A DNA stretch of 64,000 nt from Guillardia theta CCMP2712 (lineage: Eukaryota; Protista; Cryptophyta). Below the pieces are notes generated by a model. That model had not been told where the DNA came from. It saw only the letters and a program-made list of their open reading frames with translations, and ran no database searches. The first letter of the stretch is position 1, and every line of letters begins with the position of its first letter. A program made the translations under genes and the position numbers. This document shows, piece after piece, positions 1 through 11,420 of the stretch. The stretch lies in NCBI RefSeq assembly GCF_000315625.1, contig NW_005434590.1, positions 293,793-357,792 on the forward strand. Reading direction: 5' to 3'.

Positions 1-984
1 CCCAGGAACTTGTGGATTTATTTCTCAGTCCAATACTTCTATCGCACTCGTGGTCTTCCTGCTGCGATCCTTTCGGATAATGGGCCAAATGTCTCCTCGC
101 ATTTTTGGGATACAGTATTTCAGACGCTAGGCGTTCAGGTACGCCACTCTTCCAAGTACTATCCCCAGGCCAATGGTCGCGTTGAACGGATCAATGCAAC
201 CATTCTGGATATGCTCCGCACTAAACTTGCTCAGGGTTCATCTGAATGGACAGCCCATCTTCCCTTCATTGAGTTTGCCCTCAATCATGCCCCCCGTCGT
301 GAAACAGGGTTATCTGCCTTTCAAGTGGAATACGGCAAGAATCCACGCTCAGTTATGGACTTGACCCTTGATCAGGTTCTTCCTCAAGCCCGCACGACTG
401 TCGACAACATACGTGCAGGTGAAAACCTTGTTCGAGATACCTTGGCCTCGCTCGCCAATCGAGCAGAGACGCGTCTACTTCCTTCTCGCCGCCCGCTTCG
501 CTGGCAAGTTGGTGATTTGGTCTGGATCGACGCGCGTTTATTCAATCAGCAGTTTGAAATTCGCAAATTTCGAGATCGATACATTGGTCCTTTCCCCATC
601 ACCGAGGTTTGCACCAACAACAATTATCGAGTTGATGTTCGCCAGCGCTTCCCTCGCATGGATCAAGATGTTTTTAATGCCAAGTTCCTACGCCCCCATG
701 TGCGCAGGAAAGATCATTTGCAACAGCCTGTGGTTTCCCAACCTGTCCCTGGATTCTACGAAGTGGCCCGCATCATCAATCATCGTCAACGTAATGGTGC
801 GAAGCAATATCTGGTTCGTTGGAAGGGATTTTCCTCCGCCGACGACACATGGGCACCTGTTGCCCATCTCTCGCGTACACCGGCGCTCCGTCAGTTGCTT
901 CAGAAATATGAACAGCATCGCACGCGTCAAGATGCTTCTGCTTCTTCTCATGGGCAGCGGCAGCGTCGTGCGCCTCTCAATTAG
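1..984 (+). CDS. pol: Ty3/gypsy (chromovirus) pol C-terminus: integrase core, GPY/F motif and chromodomain (5'-partial)
   Basis: Integrase core ILSDNG...PQANGRVERIN, YIGPFPI (GPY/F), chromodomain YEVARIINHR...QYLVRWKGFSSADDTWAP. Confidence 0.93.
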   Translation, partial: PRNLWIYFSVQYFYRTRGLPAAILSDNGPNVSSHFWDTVFQTLGVQVRHSSKYYPQANGRVERINATILDMLRTKLAQGSSEWTAHLPFIEFALNHAPRRETGLSAFQVEYGKNPRSVMDLTLDQVLPQARTTVDNIRAGENLVRDTLASLANRAETRLLPSRRPLRWQVGDLVWIDARLFNQQFEIRKFRDRYIGPFPITEVCTNNNYRVDVRQRFPRMDQDVFNAKFLRPHVRRKDHLQQPVVSQPVPGFYEVARIINHRQRNGAKQYLVRWKGFSSADDTWAPVAHLSRTPALRQLLQKYEQHRTRQDASASSHGQRQRRAPLN

Positions 985-1094
985 GATTTTTACTTGCTGC
1001 GCCTGGAGCGTGTCAGAGGAAAAACAGATTTGACAAGCTGAGAAAGCGAAGTTTTCTGAGTCCTGAGCACTCCAAGAAAGCGCAGAGAAGAGCG

Positions 1095-1690
1095 TGTCAG
1101 AGCTCATAGGGACCGAGCCCGAGTCAGACAAAGGCCTATCAGGATGAAAGGACAGTTGGCTGTCTCGTACTCGTGTTTGAAGCTGACTTCTCCTGGATGA
1201 CCCAGGATACTCTACTCCAGTGTGAAGCTGCTGAAAGGACCCCTGTGGAGGCCTTTGTTGCAGCTACCGTGTACCCGTGGGGGACTTACAAGGTAAACAG
1301 AAGGGGTGCGTCTTGTGGAGTACGACCCGTTGGAAGCAGCTTGCTGCCATGCAAGGACGGGGTTCTCTTCCCTGCGAGAGAGCATGGTATCCTCTCGAAG
1401 GTCAGAAGGGATGCTTGTCAACTTCCAAGGACAGGACACCCCTCCTTTCTGTAGCCAAGAGACGGCACCCCTGGCTCATTCCTCGAAGCTATAAAAGGAT
1501 GAAACTCGTCAGAGCTAGGTGGTCCTCTTCCCCTTTCGTGTGTGTCCACGATTGTGTGTGTGTGTGAAAGAAATAAAAGAGAGTTAGATCTCCTTCTGTT
1601 TCACCGCTTTCCCTCTTAGTAGAGAAATCCAACGTGAGTTCTTATTGAACTGCGCTTGAAGGTCCACTCGAGAATCTTCGAGGTGTGACA
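1095..1690 (+). repeat. 3' LTR of the chromovirus
   Basis: Starts TGTCA after purine tract AGAGAAGAGCG and ends TGACA; contains TATAAAA and AATAAA; the partner LTR is outside the window. Confidence 0.7.
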
Positions 1691-1943
1691 ACAAGCAGAA
1701 AAAAAATATCACATTTACTATGTGTTATGTAGGTTAACTATCAAACACACAACAAACCAAAATAATTGCTTCACACAAATCCTCATATCATGCTCGCCGA
1801 TGACAGATTCGTCATTGATACCCCTCGTCGCAGTACCCCCCTCCCCCTCGTCTCCTGACGACTTTCGGGAGGTAGGATCCGAACCGATGCCAGTTAGAAC
1901 TACACACGTCGATCAGCTAGCAGCCATTTCCTACATGCGTCCA

Positions 1944-2910
1944 ACTAGAAGATGACAATCGGGTGAATCTCCAACAACACACCGTTGTATCTTGGACGGA
2001 GAGAGAGTACCTGAAAGCAGTGGAGTGGGACGTTTTCTATCAGCGTGTAGCATGCATGCTGGAGGAGGATGAAAGTGCGGCGAGCATGGGCTTGAAGACA
2101 TGGAAGAAGAACAGGTCTAGACGAGAGAAGATCAAGCTGAAATACTACCTGGCTGGCGGCTCATGTCGGTTCATGTTCGAGACGCCCGCATCATTGGTGA
2201 AAGAGAGGCTGGATGAAGCTTTGAGTTTCTGTTCAAACCTAGAAGTCGTCTTCAGTGGCATCGTGGGCGACTCATCACCGCAGGCGGTAAACCACTTGAT
2301 TGCGTGCTTCAAGTACAACGGGGAATCGAACTGGATGCCTGTGAGCAAGTATGTCGCGACGAAGCTTGCAGAAGCGGCAGAACTAGACACGCTGAAGAGG
2401 CTGTTCTCAAAGTACGGGGCAAGCAATCCGACTACAAGGGGCCATCTTTTCGAGCTTTTCTCTTTCAAGAAGATAGAGTGCGGGCTGAGCCTGAGGTATC
2501 GGGGATCTCAAGAGGTCAGGCAATGGGAGGGATGTCCAGTCATCACCTTTGATGCAAAGGGAGGCATGCAAACGCTTCCTGCAGAGAGAACTTGCTTGAA
2601 GCCCGTCAACCCCCTTCAAGGAGGCTACGACGCTATCATAGTAGAGCCTCGCGGGAAGTTAGTAGAGTTTGTGCAGGTGACAGAGGCAGACGTCCACTCT
2701 TTCAAGCTGGCTTTCTTCGCAGAGGCTCTCACGGGGCTAGGCATCCCAGCAGCTGGATGGAAGGTGAGGGTGGTGTTCATGGTGCCGCAAGACAGGCTCG
2801 AGAGCTTTCGGATAGGCAAAATCAAGGGCTGCGGTGCGCTGGAGAAGTACGGATGGAAGGGAGGGCAGGAAGAAAGGCAGGCAGAGGTAGCGGGTATGGA
2901 TATCGCGTGA
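1944..2910 (+). pseudogene. 5'-truncated Crinkler/RHS-like NTPase-REase gene (3' half of the broken seventh array unit)
   Basis: Near-identical to the C-terminal 315 aa of 30746..32638; preceded by a 35-bp inverted piece of the same CDS at 1909-1944. Confidence 0.9.
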
Positions 2911-2981
2911 GCTCAAACCGGCGTTAGCAAGGATGAGCCGGGGAGGCGTGTGGTAGGCGAGGCAAAGATCCGACAAGAAGC

Positions 2982-3559
2982 ATAAGAATGGTAAGGAGAA
3001 GGAACAATGTTTTTTAAACATTCAACTGCCAGCTATGTTGGGTGTTGAATAACTTTATTCGGGTGGTGCCGTTGACCCGCGGTCACCTCTAAAAACAGCC
3101 TGTTAGGATGTGATTGCTTTGAAAGCAATCTCTAATGTTTTCATTTCGAGGTGTATGCAAAGAGCACACCTCACAAAACAGCCTGTTAGGATGCGGTTCA
3201 TTTAGGGTGAATAGCATGATCCACAGGGAGATCGTCAGAAAGGATATGAGAAGGGATTAATGCTCTGTGTGCTAGCGCACACCGCCAGCGCTAGCGCGCT
3301 TGGCTATGCCACGAGCGACACTGGTGGCATCCAACGATGGTCATTGACACTACGAGAGGCACAGGTAGCCTCCAACGAGGATCAGAGACGCTCCATCTCC
3401 CCCTGAGCAGGATTCCTCTCCATCTCCCCTAATTGTTCAGATTGGTCACGAAGAAGTACCCAGGGTACTTGGTCAGCATCCCACGTGACCAGTTCTGACA
3501 TTTTTCCCTATATTTGGCATAGGTGGTCATATACGTCATATACACTTTACCGCATGCGG
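2982..3559 (+). repeat. Left outer direct repeat of the PLV (GIY-YIG-less version)
   Basis: 2982-3015 matches 28558-28590; 3352-3559 is near-identical to 29182-29390 in the same orientation. Confidence 0.88.
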
Positions 3560-4136
3560 CTTTTTGCTATCTAATGAGGGTCGGAGGTAAGCCCTGCGCA
3601 GCTGGGCGGTGTGCGCAGCACACAGAGCAAGGGATCCTTTGTCAGTCATCACATAGCAACCCTCCACACAATCACAAACCCTCCACAAACCCTACACAAA
3701 CCCTACACACAGCCTCTCCCTTACCATTATCATCTTACTTTCTATCTATAATCTAGTCTAAATATATGTATTGTGTAGGGTGTGTAGGGTGTGTAGGGTT
3801 TGTGATGAGTTCATCAAAATAAAAATAATTTCAAAGGGGGTAACTCAAATCAAACCCTACACCCTACACACTCTCCACACTCTCCACTAACTAGTCTTCT
3901 ATGTACTAGATGATGATCATGGATGTTGGCGGAGGCGCGGAGGCGCTACCCCAAACTTTTCTACATCCTTTAATCCAACCCCTCCTCGCCATATGAAATA
4001 GTTTGGGGTAACGCCTCCGCGCCTCCGCAGCCCCTCCTACCCCAACTATCACAAAGATTCCTTAATAATTTTTCATAAATCTCTCTTACATCACATCAGG
4101 TATTCAATAGAGTATTTATTCATTCTCTCTATCTTC
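3558..4136 (+). repeat. Left inner inverted repeat (TIR-like, about 575 bp)
   Basis: Reverse complement of 27984-28555; contains (ACCCTACAC)/(GTGTAGGGT) repeats and long hairpins. Confidence 0.93.
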
Positions 4137-4711
4137 TCTCTATCTTCTCTCTATCTTCTCAATCGCTATCTCCATCAATGGGAACAGGGGAACATCTGGT
4201 AATTTAAGCGGAGCACCGGTAACTTACGGGAAACTAGGGGTGGTAACTTATCTGGAACTGGGGGTGGGGTAGGTGGTAACCTATCTGAAGTGTGGGGGGT
4301 GGGGTCATATAAATACCCCCAAGCAACAGTAATAATTCCTTTGGTGGTCAGCACACTTAGAAAAGTGCTCTCTGATAATATCGTGAGATCGATTCCTACT
4401 GATTCCTGCTCTATGACCTGATGAACTGGCGGGCACCCAGTGATTCGGGAAGTGGAGTCGGATGATGGGGGGGCCGGTTGTCCAAAGCTTGACGTCCCGA
4501 TGCTCACTGGCTTGTCAGTGGGGTGCCCCGTCGGGTCTGATGGTGATGGCGATCGGTCTGACCACCAAAGGCCCGAGTAGTACTCTGAACCAGCCGCAAC
4601 CATACCCGTTAGCCTAAGCCGTATTCAAAATAAAAACCGGGCAATTTTGCTCGAATTATCAAAAAAATGATGACCATCGGGCAAAAAAGCTCAAGCGCTA
4701 AATGGTACTAA

Positions 4712-5182
4712 ATGATAGAGATTAATCAACAAGTCTTAAAATGCCCCTCCACCAACACGGACATAAATGAGATCATCTCACACATCTATTGGGAAATCAA
4801 AGAAACCTACGACGAGGTCTTCATCGATGATATTGATGATGAAGATGAGATTGAGCAACATAAGCGTATCATAGAGAGGGATGACCAAGACCTTGACTAT
4901 GAAATCCATATGGCCATTGATAACTATGTTATTGATGAGCTTGATGACAAACGCTATGCTATCATAACACAAGGCCGTGAGCCTCTGCTTGTATTGATGG
5001 AGTACATTGAGGAGTACGGCCAACCAAACTTGGATGATGCCCTCCTTAAAGCTGAAAGACTAAGAGGCATTGTTTCTTATCAGATCATATACGAGCAAAT
5101 CCAAGCCTTGTTTTGTCAAGAAACCATAACAATTGAGATATCATCTATGATGGAGCTCATAGATATCTTAGATAAGGATTAA
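4712..5182 (+). CDS. PLV acidic hypothetical protein
   Basis: 156-aa ORF with TAAATG start context and an upstream AAAAAAATGA motif. Confidence 0.7.
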   Translation: MIEINQQVLKCPSTNTDINEIISHIYWEIKETYDEVFIDDIDDEDEIEQHKRIIERDDQDLDYEIHMAIDNYVIDELDDKRYAIITQGREPLLVLMEYIEEYGQPNLDDALLKAERLRGIVSYQIIYEQIQALFCQETITIEISSMMELIDILDKD

Positions 5183-5227
5183 ACTGACAAGAAGAATAAT
5201 ATGTATCTATATTTTAATATTGCTCAA

Positions 5228-5241
5228 AAAAATGATATAAA
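5228..5241 (+). promoter_or_regulatory. Conserved upstream motif AAAAATGATATAAA (YR gene)
   Basis: Same 14-mer at 10720, 11042, 11367 and (minus strand) 29165-29178, each about 24-60 bp before an ATG. Confidence 0.75.
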
Positions 5242-6152
5242 GGATTGGCATATATAACCATCAAACCAAAAAGAATAAATATCTAAGCCTATATCAAATA
5301 GATGGCACGCGAACGAAAAGCTCCTGAGTTGTTCAAACCAACCAACTTCAAGGCTACGGCCAAAAAGGCTCCGGCACGGAAGGCTCCAATCCAGCCTACA
5401 AATGTCGTTCGACCAGTTCGACCTATTACTGTTCAACGAGCATCGCCAGCCGATGTCCCAGTCTTGGCTGCCATCCCTATCGACGAGCCAGTTCGACCAT
5501 CCAGGAAGCCTGTTGCTAAGGAACCGCCAACCGTGGCTGCTGCTTCATCATACTCTAAGAAATATAGGCATCCAAAGGACTACAAGGATCTTAAAATGGT
5601 CAATGACCAGATCACAAGAGATATGAATCTAGCTGTTCATAATGTTGTATTCAAGAGATATAAAGATGATGAACTCGACTTCACAATCTATGACAAGGCT
5701 TTGAAACTACAAACATCTCTTAGCCCATTCAATGGCCCAAACTCCTGGACGAGCAAGGTTTGCGGTCTCGACTACAAACCATCACAATATGACAGCCTAC
5801 CATATCTTAACAGGCCTACACTTGCCGAGATCAAGGACAATGTCTATGTTGGCGAGAAATTGAGTGATTCCAAGACCGCATCTAATCTCAACACTATCAT
5901 TAAGACAACGACTGCCCAAGTTGACCCCAATGATCTAACAACCGTCTTGAAGCACCACAGACAGATCATCTTGGAGATGCTCCTTTATGCTCAGGAAAAC
6001 AAGAGGTCACCAAGCACATACTGGGACTATATAAGGGCCTTGACAAGGCTTGCGAGGATCTGCCTCGGTGATGATAACGAGCTTTATAAGAAGCTGGCTA
6101 AGCTCGGAGATGACTTTGACAAGGCTGTCATCAAGAACATTGAGACAAAGAA

Positions 6153-7079
6153 TGTTGAAGTTCCCAGTAACCTTCTCTCCACAGACGGTGACACAGTCAC
6201 AGTAGCAGTGACACTCGAAGTAGACAGTGATAGCACCGACTGCAAGTTTCTGTAGCAGTGGTAATAGATATCACGAATGGCCGCGCAGGAATGATATCAG
6301 GATACAGAGAACAAACGGAGGTGATAAGAGATTGGTATAGATGGTCAAGCTTGTTTACTTCAAGCAATCCAGTCTCACAGAGACCATACACCTCGTTCTC
6401 CTTTCCCTGTCCTGCCAATGCGTGCGGCGCTTCTTCCTCTTCCTCGGTCCCTAAAATAGGGGCTGCCCGGTCCTAGGAACTACCACTACCGGTACTCTAC
6501 GCTTCTTATCTGCGATATGATTCTTCGACCGGTCCGAGGCCTGGTTCCGTACCTTGAGGGTCCCCTGAGAAAGAGTCATAGGCTTGACATGACGAGGTTT
6601 TCGATTCTCATCCAACGCTCTCTGTGAAGTTGATGTAGCTGCTCCCTTGACCTTGACAGGTCCTGTGTCTCCGTAGGAGCATGCTTGGAGGTGGTCTCGT
6701 GCATTCCTTGTATGTCCTCCGCTAAGATGATCATGATAGTACTGTCTTCTTTGATCAGACCCCTTGTTCTCCCATGTCCATGACTTCAGGGGTGATACTT
6801 CCAATCTCCCCTTGAGCGTAGCCGTATTCTGCCACCGTGACGGTGTCATCTGCTGTCCTGTCGTGGACTGATATAAGCTGACTCGCTTATCTCCTGCTGC
6901 CATCCACGAGTCCTAAGTTCTTGCTGTCTTCTTCATGATTCTCCTACGTCGTCCTTATTGTAGCTGTTGCTGTCCTCTCCAGGGATGCATTCCGAGGCTC
7001 TAAGCATCTGTGCACTTGAGCCACGTCGATTACTTGGCATTGTCTGAGGTGAAGCTTCCTCCTATCAGGTGCTTCAACA
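6153..7079 (-). repeat. 3' LTR of the copia-derived element
   Basis: Apparently identical to 8758-9684 (offset 2605); adjacent to the PPT. Confidence 0.95.
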
Positions 7080-8757
7080 CCCTCCCTTGGCTCTTGTGTG
7101 CCGATGCCAGCATTGTTACTTTGCCGCGCCTCCATTGACGGTGTCAGGCTTGTCAAATTTGACTATGCCTTTCAAATGACCTGCTGCGGTTGACTCTTCG
7201 CGCGTCGTCGCCGCAGTATTCCCTCCCTTGCCTAGAGTAGGCGGGAGCTGTTGCTTGACAGCAAGGTGGGCTCATGCTTGGTCTCTGGTCGTCTGCCTTG
7301 AAGCTGTATGGTTGCTCATCAGACTTGATATTCCTCTTTCCATAAGCGATCAGCCTCTTGACTTGACTTTCGCAGTAGGGCTGTGCATGGTACTGAAAGG
7401 TTCTCCTCAGCGCCCATCAGCACTGATGTGCCTGGCGACTTGGGACCTCCTTCATTTCTGCAGCATCATTTCATAACTTCGATCGAAGGTATGTCTTCAT
7501 CGTCTGCTTCTTCGTCTTGCGAAGGCTTGGCGCTTCAAGCTGCCTTTCATTTCTTCAACTCTGCTGTAGAGTTGGTTCGTCACAGTGTCATCACGTCGCC
7601 ATCACAATATAGTGGCTTGTAACGAGGCTTTGGGACGTCTCCCTTCCTCGGTCTTCACAACCTTCAAGCTTTCATCTGCCGTGCTCTAGGCTTGCCGCTT
7701 CAATCATCGCGGTGCTTGACCAGTGGAATCATGAGGTAACCCGGTCCTCTCCTCACTGTTGGCCACGTACAGGCTTTGAGGTTGGATTGAAAACAGCTCT
7801 TGTCACTTTTGACATTCAGAGCAACTTTGATCAGGACTGATCCCTCCATCATCGAGATTTTCTCGCTGTCATGTCACCCCTCAGCTTCTTTGCCACACTC
7901 ATCATCATGGTGGGAGAGCTATCTGGTGGCCTCGTCGTCATCTTGTGCGACTCCTGGCTCTGCTTGGCCCGGGGATCCCTGTGACTCGTCCATGTCACTT
8001 GACATAGGGATGATGCGAGGCTCGATGCTGATGTCATCATCAGATGTTCTCAGAGGTTCAGCCTGTCATGAAGTTCAGTATTCAGGTATGATAGTGAAAA
8101 GATATGATATTCCCTGATTTTGATTGTTCATTTAGTGAACCCTCCCTGACTGTCTCTGGTGTCGAACAGATGACCTCAGGCTGAAGTGGGTCCCCTGTGA
8201 CTTCGCATCATCCATCTCCCTCCCTGACGAGGTGCAGGGAGCTTGGCTAGCTTGACAAGGTCTTGCATGAAGCAGCGGCGTAATGATGGTCAAACGGAGA
8301 CCTGAGACATGTCGTTGCCGAACAAGAACGATGCTAGCTGACGAATTTTGGAGACTGGGCAGATCTTGGTGAGAATGTCCGCAGGGTTGTATGTAGTAGA
8401 AATCTTCACAGCGATGATTTCGTTTTCATCCACACTCGTTCGAGTGTACGGTGAAAAACGGATTGAGCGTACCCCACATTTCTTCCTCCGTCTTAAAAAC
8501 ATTGTTGCCCGAATTTTCCTTAAGCTTAGTCAGGTCGATACTTGTTTTTGAGAAAGCTTCATGAATTTCCATTGCCATTTTGATATCAGAACCCATGTTT
8601 GACTCCAGGCTCAGCTGTTACTACCGTTGTCACTCCACAGATACTCTCCAACTGATGTCACTCCGAATGTGAGAGTAAGAGTCCACTGGTTGCCGTGATA
8701 CAAGGTTTCTCGAGAAATAGAATATCTAGGCACTGATATTCTAAAAATTTTAGAATA

Positions 8758-9684
8758 TGTTGAAGTTCCCAGTAACCTTCTCTCCACAGACGGTGACACA
8801 GTCACAGTAGCAGTGACACTCGAAGTAGACAGTGATAGCACCGACTGCAAGTTTCTGTAGCAGTGGTAATAGATATCACGAATGGCCGCGCAGGAATGAT
8901 ATCAGGATACAGAGAACAAACGGAGGTGATAAGAGATTGGTATAGATGGTCAAGCTTGTTTACTTCAAGCAATCCAGTCTCACAGAGACCATACACCTCG
9001 TTCTCCTTTCCCTGTCCTGCCAATGCGTGCGGCGCTTCTTCCTCTTCCTCGGTCCCTAAAATAGGGGCTGCCCGGTCCTAGGAACTACCACTACCGGTAC
9101 TCTACGCTTCTTATCTGCGATATGATTCTTCGACCGGTCCGAGGCCTGGTTCCGTACCTTGAGGGTCCCCTGAGAAAGAGTCATAGGCTTGACATGACGA
9201 GGTTTTCGATTCTCATCCAACGCTCTCTGTGAAGTTGATGTAGCTGCTCCCTTGACCTTGACAGGTCCTGTGTCTCCGTAGGAGCATGCTTGGAGGTGGT
9301 CTCGTGCATTCCTTGTATGTCCTCCGCTAAGATGATCATGATAGTACTGTCTTCTTTGATCAGACCCCTTGTTCTCCCATGTCCATGACTTCAGGGGTGA
9401 TACTTCCAATCTCCCCTTGAGCGTAGCCGTATTCTGCCACCGTGACGGTGTCATCTGCTGTCCTGTCGTGGACTGATATAAGCTGACTCGCTTATCTCCT
9501 GCTGCCATCCACGAGTCCTAAGTTCTTGCTGTCTTCTTCATGATTCTCCTACGTCGTCCTTATTGTAGCTGTTGCTGTCCTCTCCAGGGATGCATTCCGA
9601 GGCTCTAAGCATCTGTGCACTTGAGCCACGTCGATTACTTGGCATTGTCTGAGGTGAAGCTTCCTCCTATCAGGTGCTTCAACA
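8758..9684 (-). repeat. 5' LTR of the copia-derived element
   Basis: Direct repeat of 6153-7079. Confidence 0.95.
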
Positions 9685-10765
9685 GAATCAACTCAACATA
9701 GACGAAGAGAGAAACTTCTTACCGTATTCATACCTGTTGAATATGATCGATGATATGGAGCAAAAATACCTTGAGGCAAAAACTAGATACGGTCCACAAG
9801 GCTATCATACATACAAGCTACATATGAACACTTTGATCTTAATGTCATATCTGTATACGCCACCCCTGCGTTTGGAGCTATCTAATGCCCGCTTCACTAA
9901 GACCCTAAGAAATTTAGAACCAGGCAAAAACTACATATACATTCCGCAAAATGGCAAACTGGTCAAGTATGTCCTGAATGAGATCAAGAAGAAACACAAA
10001 CCAATCGAATATGATGTTGGATATCCTATGAATGATGATCCTTTGGCAAAGAGGCTTACCGAGTTCATCAAGATGTCCCTTCGTGAGTATCCAAGGGAAT
10101 ACTTCATAACCCTTTATACTGACAAAAATAAGCCAGCTAAAAAAGCAATGACAACATATCTCTCAAGTATGTTCGCTGACCATTCCTTGAACGTGAATAT
10201 GTTCCGCTCTTCCTACGTGAGTTGGTTGTACTCGAACAATGTTAGCACGAATATATTGGAAGAAGTGGCATTGAAGATGCGAACAAGCATCTTGACGTTT
10301 ATGAAGAATTATAAGAAGCTGAATTCTGAACAGATTAGGGTCAAGAGGGAAAGAGATGATGATAACAGACCTATTACAATCAATGAGGCGGATGATTCAC
10401 CAGCGGCTCGGGGGCCTGTCGCAAATCCTATTGCTGCCATTCCACAACCACAACCAAGACAACCCCATAAGGAGTACAAAGACCCTATCGTCTTAAGACG
10501 CGCCAGGGTGAACCGTTACATTGAGAAGACAGGCGGTAGAGAGGCCTTCAATGAGCGACAGAAAAAGTACTATAAAGAGAACAGCAAAACTCTATACATC
10601 AAGAAACTGTTGAGGATGTACAACACCACCAAGGAGGCAATAGATCCTATCCAACATACCATAAAGAAGTATAAGCTCTACAAGGAAGGGAATGAATGGA
10701 AATCTCTGGAGCTTGGGTAAAAAATGATATAAAACAGATATGATAAATATTATATTGATAGAGTG

Positions 10766-11032
10766 ATGTTCGACTTGACTTTCTATGATAAAGTCCTTAA
10801 ATGGTCCGATGAGTTGTCTATAAAACCAACACATAGCAGCGTATTATCTCGTCATCAAATGTGGTGTCTTAAAAAACGAGGGGATTGTGGTGGAAAAGAT
10901 CACAGAGATATGGTCAATGATAGATTGTTTGGTCGGTACGTTAAGAGTTGGATGATTTACTTTGATATGTCATTAGACAAGATACATAATCCAAAAATGC
11001 CTTTGAAAGTGATTGGAATTGATAAGATATAA
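10766..11032 (+). CDS. PLV hypothetical protein
   Basis: ORF with ATG about 33 bp after the AAAAATGATATAAA motif. Confidence 0.65.
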   Translation: MFDLTFYDKVLKWSDELSIKPTHSSVLSRHQMWCLKKRGDCGGKDHRDMVNDRLFGRYVKSWMIYFDMSLDKIHNPKMPLKVIGIDKI

Positions 11033-11083
11033 AAAATGAAAAAAAATGATATAAAGTATTTAGCAATAATATTATATGATCAT

Positions 11084-11299
11084 ATGAATAAAGAAGAAAA
11101 AAAAATGAGCGCATCATTAGAATGGTATTATAAAAAGAGAGAGAATGATCCTGAATATGTTCAGAAAGAACGTGAACGTAAGAAATTAGATAATCATAGA
11201 AGATATCATTCATCTGAAGAGGAACGACAAAAACAAATTAAAAGATCTCTTGATAGATACTATAGAATTAAGGCCCAAAAACTGGCCATCGTTCAATAA
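11084..11299 (+). CDS. Small basic helical protein (possible DNA binding)
   Basis: K/R/Y-rich ORF; the ATG after the motif at 11042 is preferred over the track start. Confidence 0.6.
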   Translation: MNKEEKKMSASLEWYYKKRENDPEYVQKERERKKLDNHRRYHSSEEERQKQIKRSLDRYYRIKAQKLAIVQ

Positions 11300-11420
11300 T
11301 TCATACAGTTTTTTTGAAAGCATGCTATATTTTACTATTTGTTCTCATTTTTTGTGTTTTGCCATAAAAAATGATATAAAGATTTCAGCCATAAAATTAT
11401 CTAACCTAAGAATAAAGGCA

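Larger units (their letters stand above)
6153..9684 (-). mobile_element. Non-autonomous Ty1/copia-derived LTR retroelement (internal deletion derivative)
   Basis: Two 927-bp LTRs TGTTGAAG...CTTCAACA; minus-strand PPT at 7080-7090; internal region keeps a short gag-like start (MGSDIKMAME, from about 8596) joined out of frame to the copia RNase H tail VKISTTYNPADILTK (8290-8445). Confidence 0.9.
5302..10720 (+). pseudogene. PLV tyrosine recombinase/integrase, interrupted by an LTR element (pieces 5302-6152 and 9685-10720)
   Basis: Removing the insert and one target copy restores the frame ETKNQLNIDEERNF; catalytic-type motifs PPLRLE, NMFRSSYVS, KMRTS...KNY. Confidence 0.88.

Noticed and set aside
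1006-1018. Alternative LTR start at the first GAGCGTGTCAGAG
   Set aside because: The copy at 1090-1102 has the better polypurine tract; this cannot be settled without the 5' LTR.
1909-1944. 5' inversion as a LINE twin-priming signature for the truncated CRN copy
   Set aside because: No poly(A) tail or matching TSD; the missing 5' part of the same unit lies at 38339-38584, which an inversion breakpoint explains better.
3658-3890. CRISPR array or telomere from ACCCTACAC repeats
   Set aside because: No unique spacers of regular length and no cas genes; the repeats are short, in both orientations and internal to the IRs.
4418-4450. Hammerhead ribozyme (CTGATGA followed by a stem)
   Set aside because: The stem is followed by GATT rather than the required GAAA, and stems I and III are not evident.
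6197-9508. Duplicated 72-150 aa ORFs as genes
   Set aside because: They lie within the two LTRs and have no recognisable domains.
11250-11420. N-terminal extension of the primase-helicase given by the ORF track
   Set aside because: Non-ATG start overlapping the upstream gene and running through the promoter motif; the ATG at 11421 is more plausible.
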